A stretch of 64,000 bases of DNA from a virus (lineage: Duplodnaviria > Caudoviricetes), in the IMG/VR virus record IMGVR_UViG_3300038393_001263, positions 1 through 64,000 of that record. One strand, 5' to 3'. This document shows positions 1 to 7,062 of this stretch, one piece after another. Below the pieces are notes generated by a model. That model was given only the letters and a program-made list of their open reading frames with translations, was not told the DNA's origin and did not search any database. Position numbers and translations under genes: made by a program. Positions within the stretch are counted from its first letter, which is position 1. Each line of letters opens with the position of its first letter.

Positions 1-186
1 CTCCTCGATCGCCTGGTGCCCGGCGATTCGGAGATGATCATCAGCCCGCACTATGACGGCGGGAGCATACTGGACATCGACCTGAGCCGACTTGCTGCAT
101 CGGCGAACGAGCAAGACCTGTTGGATCTGATTCGCTGCGGCGTCGGAATCGCCAACGAGATGGACGACTTCCTGTACATCGACTGA
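1..186 (+). CDS. Hypothetical protein, 5'-truncated; paralog of 1814..2152
   Basis: Frame 1 is open from base 1 to TGA at 184-186 and ends ANEQDLLDLIRCGV...DDFLYID, matching ASEEDLLDLVRCGV...DSLSMYV of 1814..2152. Confidence 0.7.
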   Translation, partial: LLDRLVPGDSEMIISPHYDGGSILDIDLSRLAASANEQDLLDLIRCGVGIANEMDDFLYID

Positions 187-201
187 CATCAAGGAGATTC
201 C

Positions 202-498
202 ATGTCGGCCCTACAGCCTGACGGCAGCCCGTTTCCGCCGGTCAAGACCAGTTCGTGGTCCTTCAAGAACAGCATCGGCACGAGCAAGGTTTTCAACAAC
301 CTCGCCCGAAAATCCTTCTCGCTCGGTCAGATCGTCTACCTCAAACACCACGAGGGCAAGCATCCCGGCGTCGTCAATGGGATCTTGGAGGAAGCCGTGG
401 GCTACGAGTACCGAGTCTCGTGGCCGCATCTGGACGGGACGTGGAAGTGGCATCACGAGGTCGAGTTGACGTCGGAATATGAACCGAACTTTGGGTGA
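202..498 (+). CDS. Hypothetical protein
   Basis: ATG preceded by AAGGAG; fits operon packing. Confidence 0.65.
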   Translation: MSALQPDGSPFPPVKTSSWSFKNSIGTSKVFNNLARKSFSLGQIVYLKHHEGKHPGVVNGILEEAVGYEYRVSWPHLDGTWKWHHEVELTSEYEPNFG

Positions 499-508
499 GG
501 AGAAGCGA

Positions 509-952
509 ATGAACATCGGACTTCCAATGACCGGAAGCGTCGCCAGAATCAACCACAGCGTCTTCCTTGAGCCGAATCAGGGCCATCGCGAAATCTGGAC
601 CATCAAGGTTTCAGCGCCGTTCCTGATCGGCGCAGTGAAGTCGCAGATCGCCCATGCGGAAGCCCAGATTGAGAGCCTGAACGCCTCGCTTGAACGACTC
701 AAGAAGCAGCTAGAGGATCGCGATTCCGCCCGATTCGCAGCCATTCGATCGATGTTTCGATTCAAGGATCTTCTGTTCTATCGAAGCGTCCGCACGGAAT
801 GGGACATCGACGAACAGGAAACCAAGTTGTCCGAGCTGAACGACTGGCTTCGATTCCTGTCGGCGATGCCGTTCGACTCCGGGGTCTCGCTCGACCAACA
901 GGACTTCGCGTACTTCTTCCCCGGCGATCTGTATCAGGCGATGAATTCGTGA
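509..952 (+). CDS. Hypothetical coiled-coil protein (paralog family with 964 and 1398)
   Basis: GAGGAG at 497-502 before ATG 509; C-terminal FLSAMPFDSGVSLDQQDFAYFFPG motif. Confidence 0.7.
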   Translation: MNIGLPMTGSVARINHSVFLEPNQGHREIWTIKVSAPFLIGAVKSQIAHAEAQIESLNASLERLKKQLEDRDSARFAAIRSMFRFKDLLFYRSVRTEWDIDEQETKLSELNDWLRFLSAMPFDSGVSLDQQDFAYFFPGDLYQAMNS

Positions 953-963
953 GGAGCGTGCCG

Positions 964-1398
964 ATGGCTGTATCCCTGTTCGAGAACCACGCGGTCAAGT
1001 TCAAGGCCGATCTGCTGTCGGCTTACGCCAAGATGTGCGTCGACGACATGACCGCCGTGAATGAGCAAGCCAAGACAAAACTCCAGGTCGAGCGGGACGC
1101 GCTGAAGGCCAAGAGGTTCGGTCGCCTCCGAAGCCTCTGGTCTTATCTCAAGTTCCGCAAGGCCGAACGGGGCATCGCGCGGCAGGAGGAGTGCATCGAC
1201 GCCTGGACGCAGAGGTACTTCTTCCTGACGGCGATGGGGCCTGATGCGGAAGTTCCGCTCAACCAGCGTGATTTCGACGTCTTCTTTCCCGGCGGACTGT
1301 TCAAGATCATCCTGGCCCACTACGCCAAGGTTGCGAGCGCGGCGCAGGATACGCCCGTTGAGACCAATGAGGCTGTGACCAAGGAGCCGAACTCTTGA
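964..1398 (+). CDS. Hypothetical protein (paralog of 509..952)
   Basis: GAGGAG before ATG 964; FLTAMGPDAEVPLNQRDFDVFFPG motif. Confidence 0.7.
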   Translation: MAVSLFENHAVKFKADLLSAYAKMCVDDMTAVNEQAKTKLQVERDALKAKRFGRLRSLWSYLKFRKAERGIARQEECIDAWTQRYFFLTAMGPDAEVPLNQRDFDVFFPGGLFKIILAHYAKVASAAQDTPVETNEAVTKEPNS

Positions 1399-1817
1399 TG
1401 TCCTACCCCTGGTGGAATATCCATCGCCTCAATCGTCGCCACGCGCCCGAGTGCTGCTGCGGACGGAAGTCATGGACGATCGAAGTCGCCGCGTCGAAGG
1501 TGAAAGCGGCGGTGAAGCGGCAGTTGGCGACGTGGGAACTCGTCATGAGGCCGATCCAATCGGAACTCGATGCGATCGGAGTGATCCTTGACAAAGCCCC
1601 TTGTGGGGACGCGTGGGACGCGTTTTTCGAACTGAACAGAAACCTGTACGACCGCAGGAGACAGTTGGACCGCAGGAAGTCGGAGGTCCAGCCAGACGTC
1701 GAAAAGTGGCAGAAGTGGGACGCATTCCTCGCTTCGATGCCGGACGACGAGATGTTGGAGCTGACGAGGGATGACCACGAACTGTTCTTTTACGGGAAGG
1801 AGATCGACGCAGTATGA
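1398..1817 (+). CDS. Hypothetical protein (distant paralog of 509..952)
   Basis: Start overlaps the upstream stop; FLASMPDDEMLELTRDDHELFF motif. Confidence 0.65.
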   Translation: MSYPWWNIHRLNRRHAPECCCGRKSWTIEVAASKVKAAVKRQLATWELVMRPIQSELDAIGVILDKAPCGDAWDAFFELNRNLYDRRRQLDRRKSEVQPDVEKWQKWDAFLASMPDDEMLELTRDDHELFFYGKEIDAV

Positions 1818-2152
1818 TCGCCACCCTCACCGAAACCCAGAAGCGCACGCTCTCCCGCAAGATGCTCGCGTTCTTCGAGGAACGCGCCGACGACTTCGGC
1901 AACATCGAAGATGTCAAGCCATCGCGCCGGCTGCATCGCAGGCCGGACCTGAACGCCTTTCTTTTGTTGGATAAACTATTGACGAATGGCAATGATTCTG
2001 CTATTCTGGTCGACGCAAGAAACGAACAGGTCTGGCTGAGCCCGAAGCCGTGGGAAGTCATGCAGAGGGCGAGCGAGGAAGACCTGCTCGACCTTGTTCG
2101 GTGCGGCGTGTTCTACGACGAAGACAATGACAGTTTGTCGATGTACGTCTAA
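1814..2152 (+). CDS. Hypothetical protein
   Basis: ATGA overlap with the upstream gene; paralog of 1..186. Confidence 0.7.
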   Translation: MIATLTETQKRTLSRKMLAFFEERADDFGNIEDVKPSRRLHRRPDLNAFLLLDKLLTNGNDSAILVDARNEQVWLSPKPWEVMQRASEEDLLDLVRCGVFYDEDNDSLSMYV

Positions 2153-2164
2153 GGAGTTCCGGTC

Positions 2165-3274
2165 TTGAAAGCGACGTTTTCCCGCAAGCCCCTGCTCGAC
2201 GCCTTCAACACCGTCTCCAGCGTCGCGCCGACGCGATCGCCCAAGCCGATCCTTCAGAATGTAAAGCTGTCGCTGCGTGACGGCGAGGCAAGCCTGTCCG
2301 CCACCGATCTTGAGGTGGCAATCACTCATCAAGTCGATGGCGTGTCCCTGATCGATGACGGGCAAGCGATCCTCCCGGCCATTCGATTTGGCTCCATCCT
2401 CAAGACGTCGTCTGATGATGAACTGACCATTGAAGTGGCCGACGACAAGTTGATGATCCGTGCCAAGCGATCGAAGTTCGCGCTGCCGCGAGAAGACCCG
2501 GATCTCTTTCCATCCATCGGCGAATTCGAGAGCGAGAACTACAAGTCGCTGGCCGCCGGGGACATTCGGAAGTTGGTGCGAAGGACGCACTTCGCGGCCG
2601 ATCTCGACTCGGCTCGATACGCACTCGGCGGCGCGTTGGTCGAGTACACCGACGATTCGCTAATCTTCGTCTGCACCGATGGACGGCGGCTCGCGAAGGC
2701 TTCCGTGCCAGCCGAGACAGTCGGCGATCTGGACTTCGGACAGCCGGTTCTTCCGCTCAAGTCAATGCGTCTCATTGACAAAGCAATCAACGACGATGGT
2801 GATTTAGCCCACTTCGCTATCAAAGTCGGCACATCGGCGATGGTTCGAACGTCGCAGGCTACGGTCTACGCTCGTTTGGTCGAAGGCCGGTTTCCACGAT
2901 ACGCCGACGTGTTTCCAAAGACATGCACGCTGTCCGTTCCGATCGTGGCCGGCGCGTTCCGGTCGGCGATCGATCAGGCTGCGGTCGTTACCAGCGACGA
3001 GAGCCGTGCGGTGTCGTTCCGGTTCTCGAAAACCGGAATCGAACTGAGCAGTCGATCGGCAGATATCGGCGAATCCAAGGTTGAGCTTCCGATGGAGATC
3101 GACGCGGAGGAAGACCTGGTCGTCGATATGGACAACCGATTCGCGGGCGAAGGCATCAAGTCGTTGGATCCAGAGAGCGAGTTGGCCGTCGATCTGGTCG
3201 ACTCCAAGTCGCCGGTGACATTTCGGTTGGGTGATGAATTCACCTACGTCGTGATGCCGCTGACGCGGGACTGA
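2165..3274 (+). CDS. dnaN: DNA polymerase III beta sliding clamp
   Basis: 369 aa; motifs RSPKPILQNV, LSATDLE, RYALGG, VCTDGRRL, RLVEGRFPRY and C-terminal YVVMPL; AAGGAG before the TTG start. Confidence 0.95.
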   Translation: MKATFSRKPLLDAFNTVSSVAPTRSPKPILQNVKLSLRDGEASLSATDLEVAITHQVDGVSLIDDGQAILPAIRFGSILKTSSDDELTIEVADDKLMIRAKRSKFALPREDPDLFPSIGEFESENYKSLAAGDIRKLVRRTHFAADLDSARYALGGALVEYTDDSLIFVCTDGRRLAKASVPAETVGDLDFGQPVLPLKSMRLIDKAINDDGDLAHFAIKVGTSAMVRTSQATVYARLVEGRFPRYADVFPKTCTLSVPIVAGAFRSAIDQAAVVTSDESRAVSFRFSKTGIELSSRSADIGESKVELPMEIDAEEDLVVDMDNRFAGEGIKSLDPESELAVDLVDSKSPVTFRLGDEFTYVVMPLTRD

Positions 3275-3319
3275 GTGAAACACTAGGAAGCACTGCGAGA
3301 AATCGTGGTGAATAGGACG

Positions 3320-3432
3320 GGTTTTGCACGGCGTGGCACAGTTGGGCACGGCTGGGCTCGGTCCGGCTTGGGTGTTCATCACTTCTGGCGACGGTCTTAA
3401 ATGTGGCCGTCGTCGGGATCTCCGAAAGGAGA
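3320..3432 (+). ncRNA. Putative guide RNA unit 1
   Basis: ggtTT tgcAC ggcGT ggcAC agtTG ggcAC ggcTG ggcTC ggtCC ggcTT gggTG; hairpin 3385-3416 with loop ttaaatgt; hairpin tctcc-gaaa-ggaga. Confidence 0.75.
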
Positions 3433-3436
3433 AAGC

Positions 3437-3552
3437 GGCGTGGCGAGGGTTGGTGGGGCCGGGCATGGCATGGCATGGCGCGGCGAGGGTTCTACGAACA
3501 TCTGCGGGCGTCTTTAAATGTAGGCGTTCGCGGGTTGTCTCCTGCGGGGGAC
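3437..3552 (+). ncRNA. Putative guide RNA unit 2
   Basis: NN = GT GA TT GG CG AT AT AT GC GA (TT); loop ttaaatgt; hairpin gtctcc-tgcg-ggggac. Confidence 0.75.
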
Positions 3553-3562
3553 TGACGGCGCT

Positions 3563-3679
3563 AGCGGGGTTTGGCTTGGATGGGCATGGTGAGGTTGGGC
3601 ATGGTGAGGCAAGGAATCTTCGGATTATCTGCGGGCGCTCTGAAATGGGCGTCCGTGGGTTGCTCGCGGAAACGCGGGT
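3563..3679 (+). ncRNA. Putative guide RNA unit 3
   Basis: NN = GG TT TT TG AT GA TG AT GA AA (AT); loop tgaaat; hairpin gctcgcg-gaaa-cgcgggt. Confidence 0.75.
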
Positions 3680-3683
3680 AGAG

Positions 3684-3797
3684 GGTTCGGCTTGGTGTTG
3701 CCAGGCGCGGCATGGCTGGGCAAGGCGTGGTTCGGGCGTTCATCGCATCTGCAATCGGCCTTGAATGCGGCTGATTGTGGGTTGTCCCGAAAGGGGC
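3684..3797 (+). ncRNA. Putative guide RNA unit 4
   Basis: NN = TC TT GT CA GC AT TG AA GT TC (CG); loop ttgaatgc; hairpin gtccc-gaaa-ggggc. Confidence 0.75.
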
Positions 3798-3801
3798 AGG
3801 A

Positions 3802-3906
3802 GGTTTGGATTGGCAACGCATTGCGTGGCACGGCAGTGCTAGGCGAGGCAAGGTTCCATCGGGCGGCTTAAACGTGTCGCCCGATGGGTTGTCCGCGAGA
3901 GCGGAC
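3802..3906 (+). ncRNA. Putative guide RNA unit 5
   Basis: NN = TT TT AA AT GT AC AG TA GA AA (TC); hairpin catcgggcggc-ttaaacgt-gtcgcccgatg; hairpin gtccgc-gaga-gcggac. Confidence 0.75.
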
Positions 3907-3916
3907 TGGTGGTTCT

Positions 3917-4020
3917 GGCCTGGCTCGGCATGGCAGTGCAGGGCGTGGTCGGGCGCGGTGCGGCAAGGGTTCTTCGGAACATCCACGTGCCTTCTTAAAT
4001 GCGGGGGTTCGTGGGTTGGC
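3917..4020 (+). ncRNA. Putative guide RNA unit 6
   Basis: NN = CT TC AT AG AG GT CG GC GC AA (TT); loop ttaaatgc; second hairpin degenerate. Confidence 0.7.
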
Positions 4021-4051
4021 TGACAGATTGAACGACAACAGGAGCAAGCGA

Positions 4052-4567
4052 ATGTTCAATGTGAGCGAGGAAGTGAAAGCGAAGGTTGAAGCGGCGTTGT
4101 CCGTCCTACGTGAATACAAGCGAGGCGACCGCGTTCCGCACGAGGAACTTGAGAAGGCGACCGGGTTGAATCGGGACTGCGGCACCGACTACTACCGGAT
4201 CGTCATGAAGGCCCGCAAGAGGCTCCGCGACGAGGACGGAATCTGGTCGTGTTATGAACAGTCGGAAGGCTTCCATCTCTACACGGAGCGGGAGACCTTG
4301 ACCGAGGAACCGAAGTTCCGAAGCAAGAAAGCCCGCAGGCAGATGCGTTACGTCGTGAAAGCCGCGACGGCGATCCCGACGAACTCGCTGTCGTTCACCC
4401 AGAGGCGACTTCAGGAGGCGGTCGTCGACAGCGCGAAGGAGATGGCGCGCAAACTGTCGGCCAAGGCGGAAGTGGCCGAACAGGCGTCCCAGCCCTACAA
4501 GGGAATGCCGATCCGCAAGGTGGAGTCGTTGACTCCTCCGGTCGTTCAAACGAGTGCTGCTGTTTGA
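4052..4567 (+). CDS. Accessory protein inside the repeat locus; possible winged-helix DNA-binding N-terminus and helical C-terminus
   Basis: AGGAG about 10 nt before ATG 4052 (the longer ORF call from 3884 runs through the repeats); GDRVPHEELEKATG resembles an HTH; basic, 171 aa. Confidence 0.75.
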   Translation: MFNVSEEVKAKVEAALSVLREYKRGDRVPHEELEKATGLNRDCGTDYYRIVMKARKRLRDEDGIWSCYEQSEGFHLYTERETLTEEPKFRSKKARRQMRYVVKAATAIPTNSLSFTQRRLQEAVVDSAKEMARKLSAKAEVAEQASQPYKGMPIRKVESLTPPVVQTSAAV

Positions 4568-4615
4568 TTCTTTCTTTCCAGTTTTGATTTCTACAAGGCA
4601 AGGGGTTTTCATCGA

Positions 4616-5284
4616 ATGGCTACGACGTACGAGTTCGAGTTCAAGGGCAAGCAACCGCTCCTCATGCACCAGGACAATATCGCCGGCCAGGAACTCATCA
4701 AGCGATGGCAGAAGGATCCGAAAAACAAGGCTGTTTCGGAGAAGGGCGACGACCGCTCGCCCGCATGGACGTGGCAGATTTACCTGTACACCGGAGACGG
4801 CAAGGTCGTCATGCCTTCGGAGTGCGTCATGTCGTGCATCCGAAAAGCTGGAGCGATGATCGAGATCCCAGGCGGCAAGCGCGGCAAGACGTTCAAGGAC
4901 GCGACGCAGTACGGGATCATCCCCGCCGACGAATCGTTCCAGTTCTTCTGCTGCGGCAAGCCTCTGGAACTTGAGCCGATCACGGCTCTATGGGAGGACA
5001 ACGACTTCGCGAAGCATCAGGATCTAGCCAAGAGCCTTGGCTTCGAGTTGTTCGTGAAGCGGGCGAAGATCGGCCAGTCCAAGCACATCCGGGTCCGCCC
5101 GATGTTCAAGGATTGGAGCATCAAGGGGTCGTTCGTCGTCACTGAGCAAGCGATCACGAGCCCGATCCTCGCCGAAATGCTGATGCTCGCGGGCGACCGC
5201 GTGGGGCAAGGCGACTGGCGTCCGTCGTCGAAGACGCCGGGGCCTTACGGCACGTTCAACGTCAATCTGAGTCAGGTTGCATAA
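4616..5284 (+). CDS. Cas7/RAMP-like RNA-binding protein (putative guide-RNA effector)
   Basis: 222 aa; N-terminal strand YEFEFKGKQPLLMH; VMPSECVMSCIRKAG resembles the Cas7/Csm3 IPxSSLKG.IR box; C-terminal Gly-rich loop AGDRVGQGDWRP..GPYGTF; flanked by the repeat arrays. Confidence 0.75.
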   Translation: MATTYEFEFKGKQPLLMHQDNIAGQELIKRWQKDPKNKAVSEKGDDRSPAWTWQIYLYTGDGKVVMPSECVMSCIRKAGAMIEIPGGKRGKTFKDATQYGIIPADESFQFFCCGKPLELEPITALWEDNDFAKHQDLAKSLGFELFVKRAKIGQSKHIRVRPMFKDWSIKGSFVVTEQAITSPILAEMLMLAGDRVGQGDWRPSSKTPGPYGTFNVNLSQVA

Positions 5285-5286
5285 GC

Positions 5287-5397
5287 GGACAGGCGCGGCG
5301 TGGGTGGGAAAGGCACGGCTCGGCCGGGCTGGGTGAGGGCGTAAGCATCTGCGGCCAGCCTTGAACGTGGCTGGTCGCGGGTTGTCTCGAAAGAGAC
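5287..5397 (+). ncRNA. Putative guide RNA unit 7
   Basis: NN = CA GC GT TG AA AC TC CG TG GA (CG); loop ttgaacgt; hairpin gtctc-gaaa-gagac. Confidence 0.75.
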
Positions 5398-5407
5398 TGG
5401 TGTTGTG

Positions 5408-5522
5408 AGACTGGCATGGCCAGGTCGGGCGAGGCATGGCGTGGCAAGGCCAGGCGTGGGCGTCCATCGCTTTCGCGTGCAGTCTTAAATGCGGCTGCAT
5501 GCGGGATCTCTCAGAAGAGAGG
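5408..5522 (+). ncRNA. Putative guide RNA unit 8
   Basis: NN = (CT) AT CA CG GA AT GT AA CA GT (CG); loop ttaaatgc; hairpin tctctc-agaa-gagagg. Confidence 0.75.
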
Positions 5523-5528
5523 GCAATA

Positions 5529-5667
5529 GGCTCGTACAGGCGCGGTTCGGCGGGGCCTGGCATTGCGAGGCGAGGTCAGGTGCGGCGAGGCCTGGTTTGG
5601 CATGGGTGTTCATCACATTCACGGTCGATCTTAAATGCGGTCGGCCGTGGGTTGTCCCGGAAGGGAC
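5529..5667 (+). ncRNA. Putative guide RNA unit 9 (longest tract, 14-16 pentamers)
   Basis: NN = (TC CA) GC TC GG CT AT GA GA CA GC GA CT TT AT (TG); loop ttaaatgc; hairpin gtccc-ggaa-gggac. Confidence 0.75.
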
Positions 5668-5673
5668 TTTCGA

Positions 5674-5769
5674 GGTGGGGTATGGCTGGGCACGGCATGG
5701 CTATGCTTGGTCCGGTTTCGCCACTGCCGGTCTTGAATGTGGCCGGCAGTGGCATGCTCCTCTAGGAGT
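5674..5769 (+). ncRNA. Putative guide RNA unit 10 (shortest tract, 9 pentamers)
   Basis: NN = GG AT TG AC AT TA TT CC TT; hairpin gccactgccggtc-ttgaatgt-ggccggcagtggc; hairpin gctcc-tcta-ggagt. Confidence 0.72.
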
Positions 5770-5773
5770 AAGT

Positions 5774-5895
5774 GGCCGGGCGAGGTACGGCTTGGCAAGG
5801 CAACGCGTGGCGGGGTTTGGCGGGGCATGGGCGTTTATCGCATCTGCCGTCGATCTGAAATCATGGTCGGCGGCGGGTTGCCCGCGCAAGCGGGC
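5774..5895 (+). ncRNA. Putative guide RNA unit 11
   Basis: NN = CG GA AC TT AA AA GT GG TT GG AT (CG); loop tgaaatcat; hairpin gcccgc-gcaa-gcgggc. Confidence 0.75.
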
Positions 5896-5899
5896 AGAT

Positions 5900-6011
5900 G
5901 GCTTGGTTTGGCACGGCGCGGCTGGGCACGGCTAGGCCCGGCGAGGACTCTTCGGAGTATCTGTGGTTGATCTTGAATGTGGTCAATCGCGGGTTGTCGG
6001 TGAAAACCGAC
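5900..6011 (+). ncRNA. Putative guide RNA unit 12
   Basis: NN = TT TT AC GC TG AC TA CC GA (CT); loop ttgaatgt; hairpin gtcggt-gaaa-accgac. Confidence 0.75.
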
Positions 6012-6021
6012 TGTCGGCGCT

Positions 6022-6102
6022 GGTTTGGTCTGGCCTTGCATGGTCCGGCTAGGCGCGGCTTGGCAAGGGCAACGCACGGTCAACCCCACGATCGTGCGTT
6101 GC
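6022..6102 (+). ncRNA. Putative guide RNA unit 13 (terminal, divergent scaffold)
   Basis: NN = TT CT CT AT CC TA GC TT AA (CA); single 13-bp hairpin gcaacgcacggtc-aaccccac-gatcgtgcgttgc. Confidence 0.65.
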
Positions 6103-6186
6103 AAATTTCCTTGCCAGACGCTATTATTTTTAGGAAGGAGGCGCGTCGCCATCCAAATCCGTGAGATTCATCAAGAGGTTGAGGAC

Positions 6187-6675
6187 ATGCAGGAGCCAGA
6201 ATCGACGACCGGGCGGAAGTACAAGTCGGTGGAGGATTACGTCGAGATCGCGAACGATTTGATCAAGAAGTACGGCGGGATTCCGGGGTCCAGGTGGCTG
6301 ATCGACAACGGGCTGAACGCCTTCTACACCTGCATGCGGAAGCACCCGGAGCCGTTCAAGGACATGCCGCGAGTGAAAGGGGAGCCGATGCCGCTGGATG
6401 ATCCGTCGTTGCGCAGGACGCCGAAGCATCGGCCCGACCTGCTGCTCGTGTCCGAGATCCTGGATTTCGCACAGTGCAGCATGCCCGACGACTGGCGGCT
6501 CGACCTCAGTTTCGACAACGGCGGTTGCGGCGTCAGCGTGATCGCGCCGAACGGATTCCGCCGTGTCGTGCCGGTCGCCGAGGGTCGCGGGCTCATCGAT
6601 TCGATCGAGATCCACGTCAACCGGGCGAGGAAGGAAAACGGACTGGAACCCGTGAAATGGGAGACCGCCAAGTGA
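6187..6675 (+). CDS. Hypothetical protein
   Basis: GAGG before ATG 6187; 162 aa. Confidence 0.6.
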   Translation: MQEPESTTGRKYKSVEDYVEIANDLIKKYGGIPGSRWLIDNGLNAFYTCMRKHPEPFKDMPRVKGEPMPLDDPSLRRTPKHRPDLLLVSEILDFAQCSMPDDWRLDLSFDNGGCGVSVIAPNGFRRVVPVAEGRGLIDSIEIHVNRARKENGLEPVKWETAK

Positions 6676-7061
6676 GCGTGATTGAGCAGTTGGCCGAGCA
6701 AACATTGAAGAACGTCGAAGACGAGCCGAACAGGGGCGAGCCCAAGGGCGACGTGATCCTGACGTTGGCAGTGATTTCAGCGGTTATCAAACTATTAATC
6801 CTGGCATACGACTGCTGGAAGGCGTCCCCCGGATCGTCATTGAAGAAATGCCAGAACCCGAACTGGCTCCAGCGATTCCGCATGAGGCGCGTCGTCCGCA
6901 CGGTGCTCAACGTCGAAGGCGTCAGCGAGAAGATGGAAGAGGCGTGCGCGGCCTTGCTCAAGACCGGCAAGGCGATCACGCAGGATCAACTCATGGCGGC
7001 GGTGATCGAGAACCAGAACGACCGGACGCTGCCGGACCTGGCGGCGAAGTATGGGGTGTAA
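6672..7061 (+). CDS. Hypothetical membrane-anchored protein
   Basis: GTGA overlap; hydrophobic segment VILTLAVISAVIKLLILAY. Confidence 0.6.
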   Translation: MSVIEQLAEQTLKNVEDEPNRGEPKGDVILTLAVISAVIKLLILAYDCWKASPGSSLKKCQNPNWLQRFRMRRVVRTVLNVEGVSEKMEEACAALLKTGKAITQDQLMAAVIENQNDRTLPDLAAKYGV

Positions 7062-7062
7062 G

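Larger units (their letters stand above)
3320..4020 (+). repeat. Array A: six units of (GGY-NN)x11 tract plus two-hairpin scaffold
   Basis: Tracts start at 3320, 3437, 3563, 3684, 3802 and 3917 (period 115-126 nt). Each is followed by a hairpin with loop TTRAAYGY (TGAAAT in unit 3) and a second short hairpin (degenerate in unit 6). Confidence 0.93.
5287..6102 (+). repeat. Array B: seven units of (GGY-NN)n tract plus scaffold
   Basis: Tracts start at 5287, 5408, 5529/5539, 5674, 5774, 5900 and 6022; the array begins 3 nt after the stop of 4616..5284. Confidence 0.93.

Noticed and set aside
5408-5462. Unit 8 NN read as codons gives L-I-H-R-D-I, like a kinase catalytic loop
   Set aside because: The following Lys is absent and two-base codons are highly degenerate. 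It shows how easily such motifs arise by chance.
3320-6071. Simple microsatellite from slippage
   Set aside because: NN varies at nearly every position, tract length is tightly constrained and each tract carries a structured scaffold.
3320-6102. Canonical CRISPR array or type IV CRISPR locus
   Set aside because: There are no identical 25-40 nt direct repeats with contiguous spacers, and no cas1, cas2, cas5, cas6 or cas8-like genes are recognisable.
3240-6164. Many overlapping ORFs across the arrays (e.g. 3324..3764, 3561..3986, 5436..5765, 5489..5935) with ARHG/AWQG/PCHA-type peptides
   Set aside because: They are by-products of translating a 5-nt periodic G-rich repeat. They lack ribosome-binding sites, occur in all frames, and conservation follows RNA pairing instead of codons.
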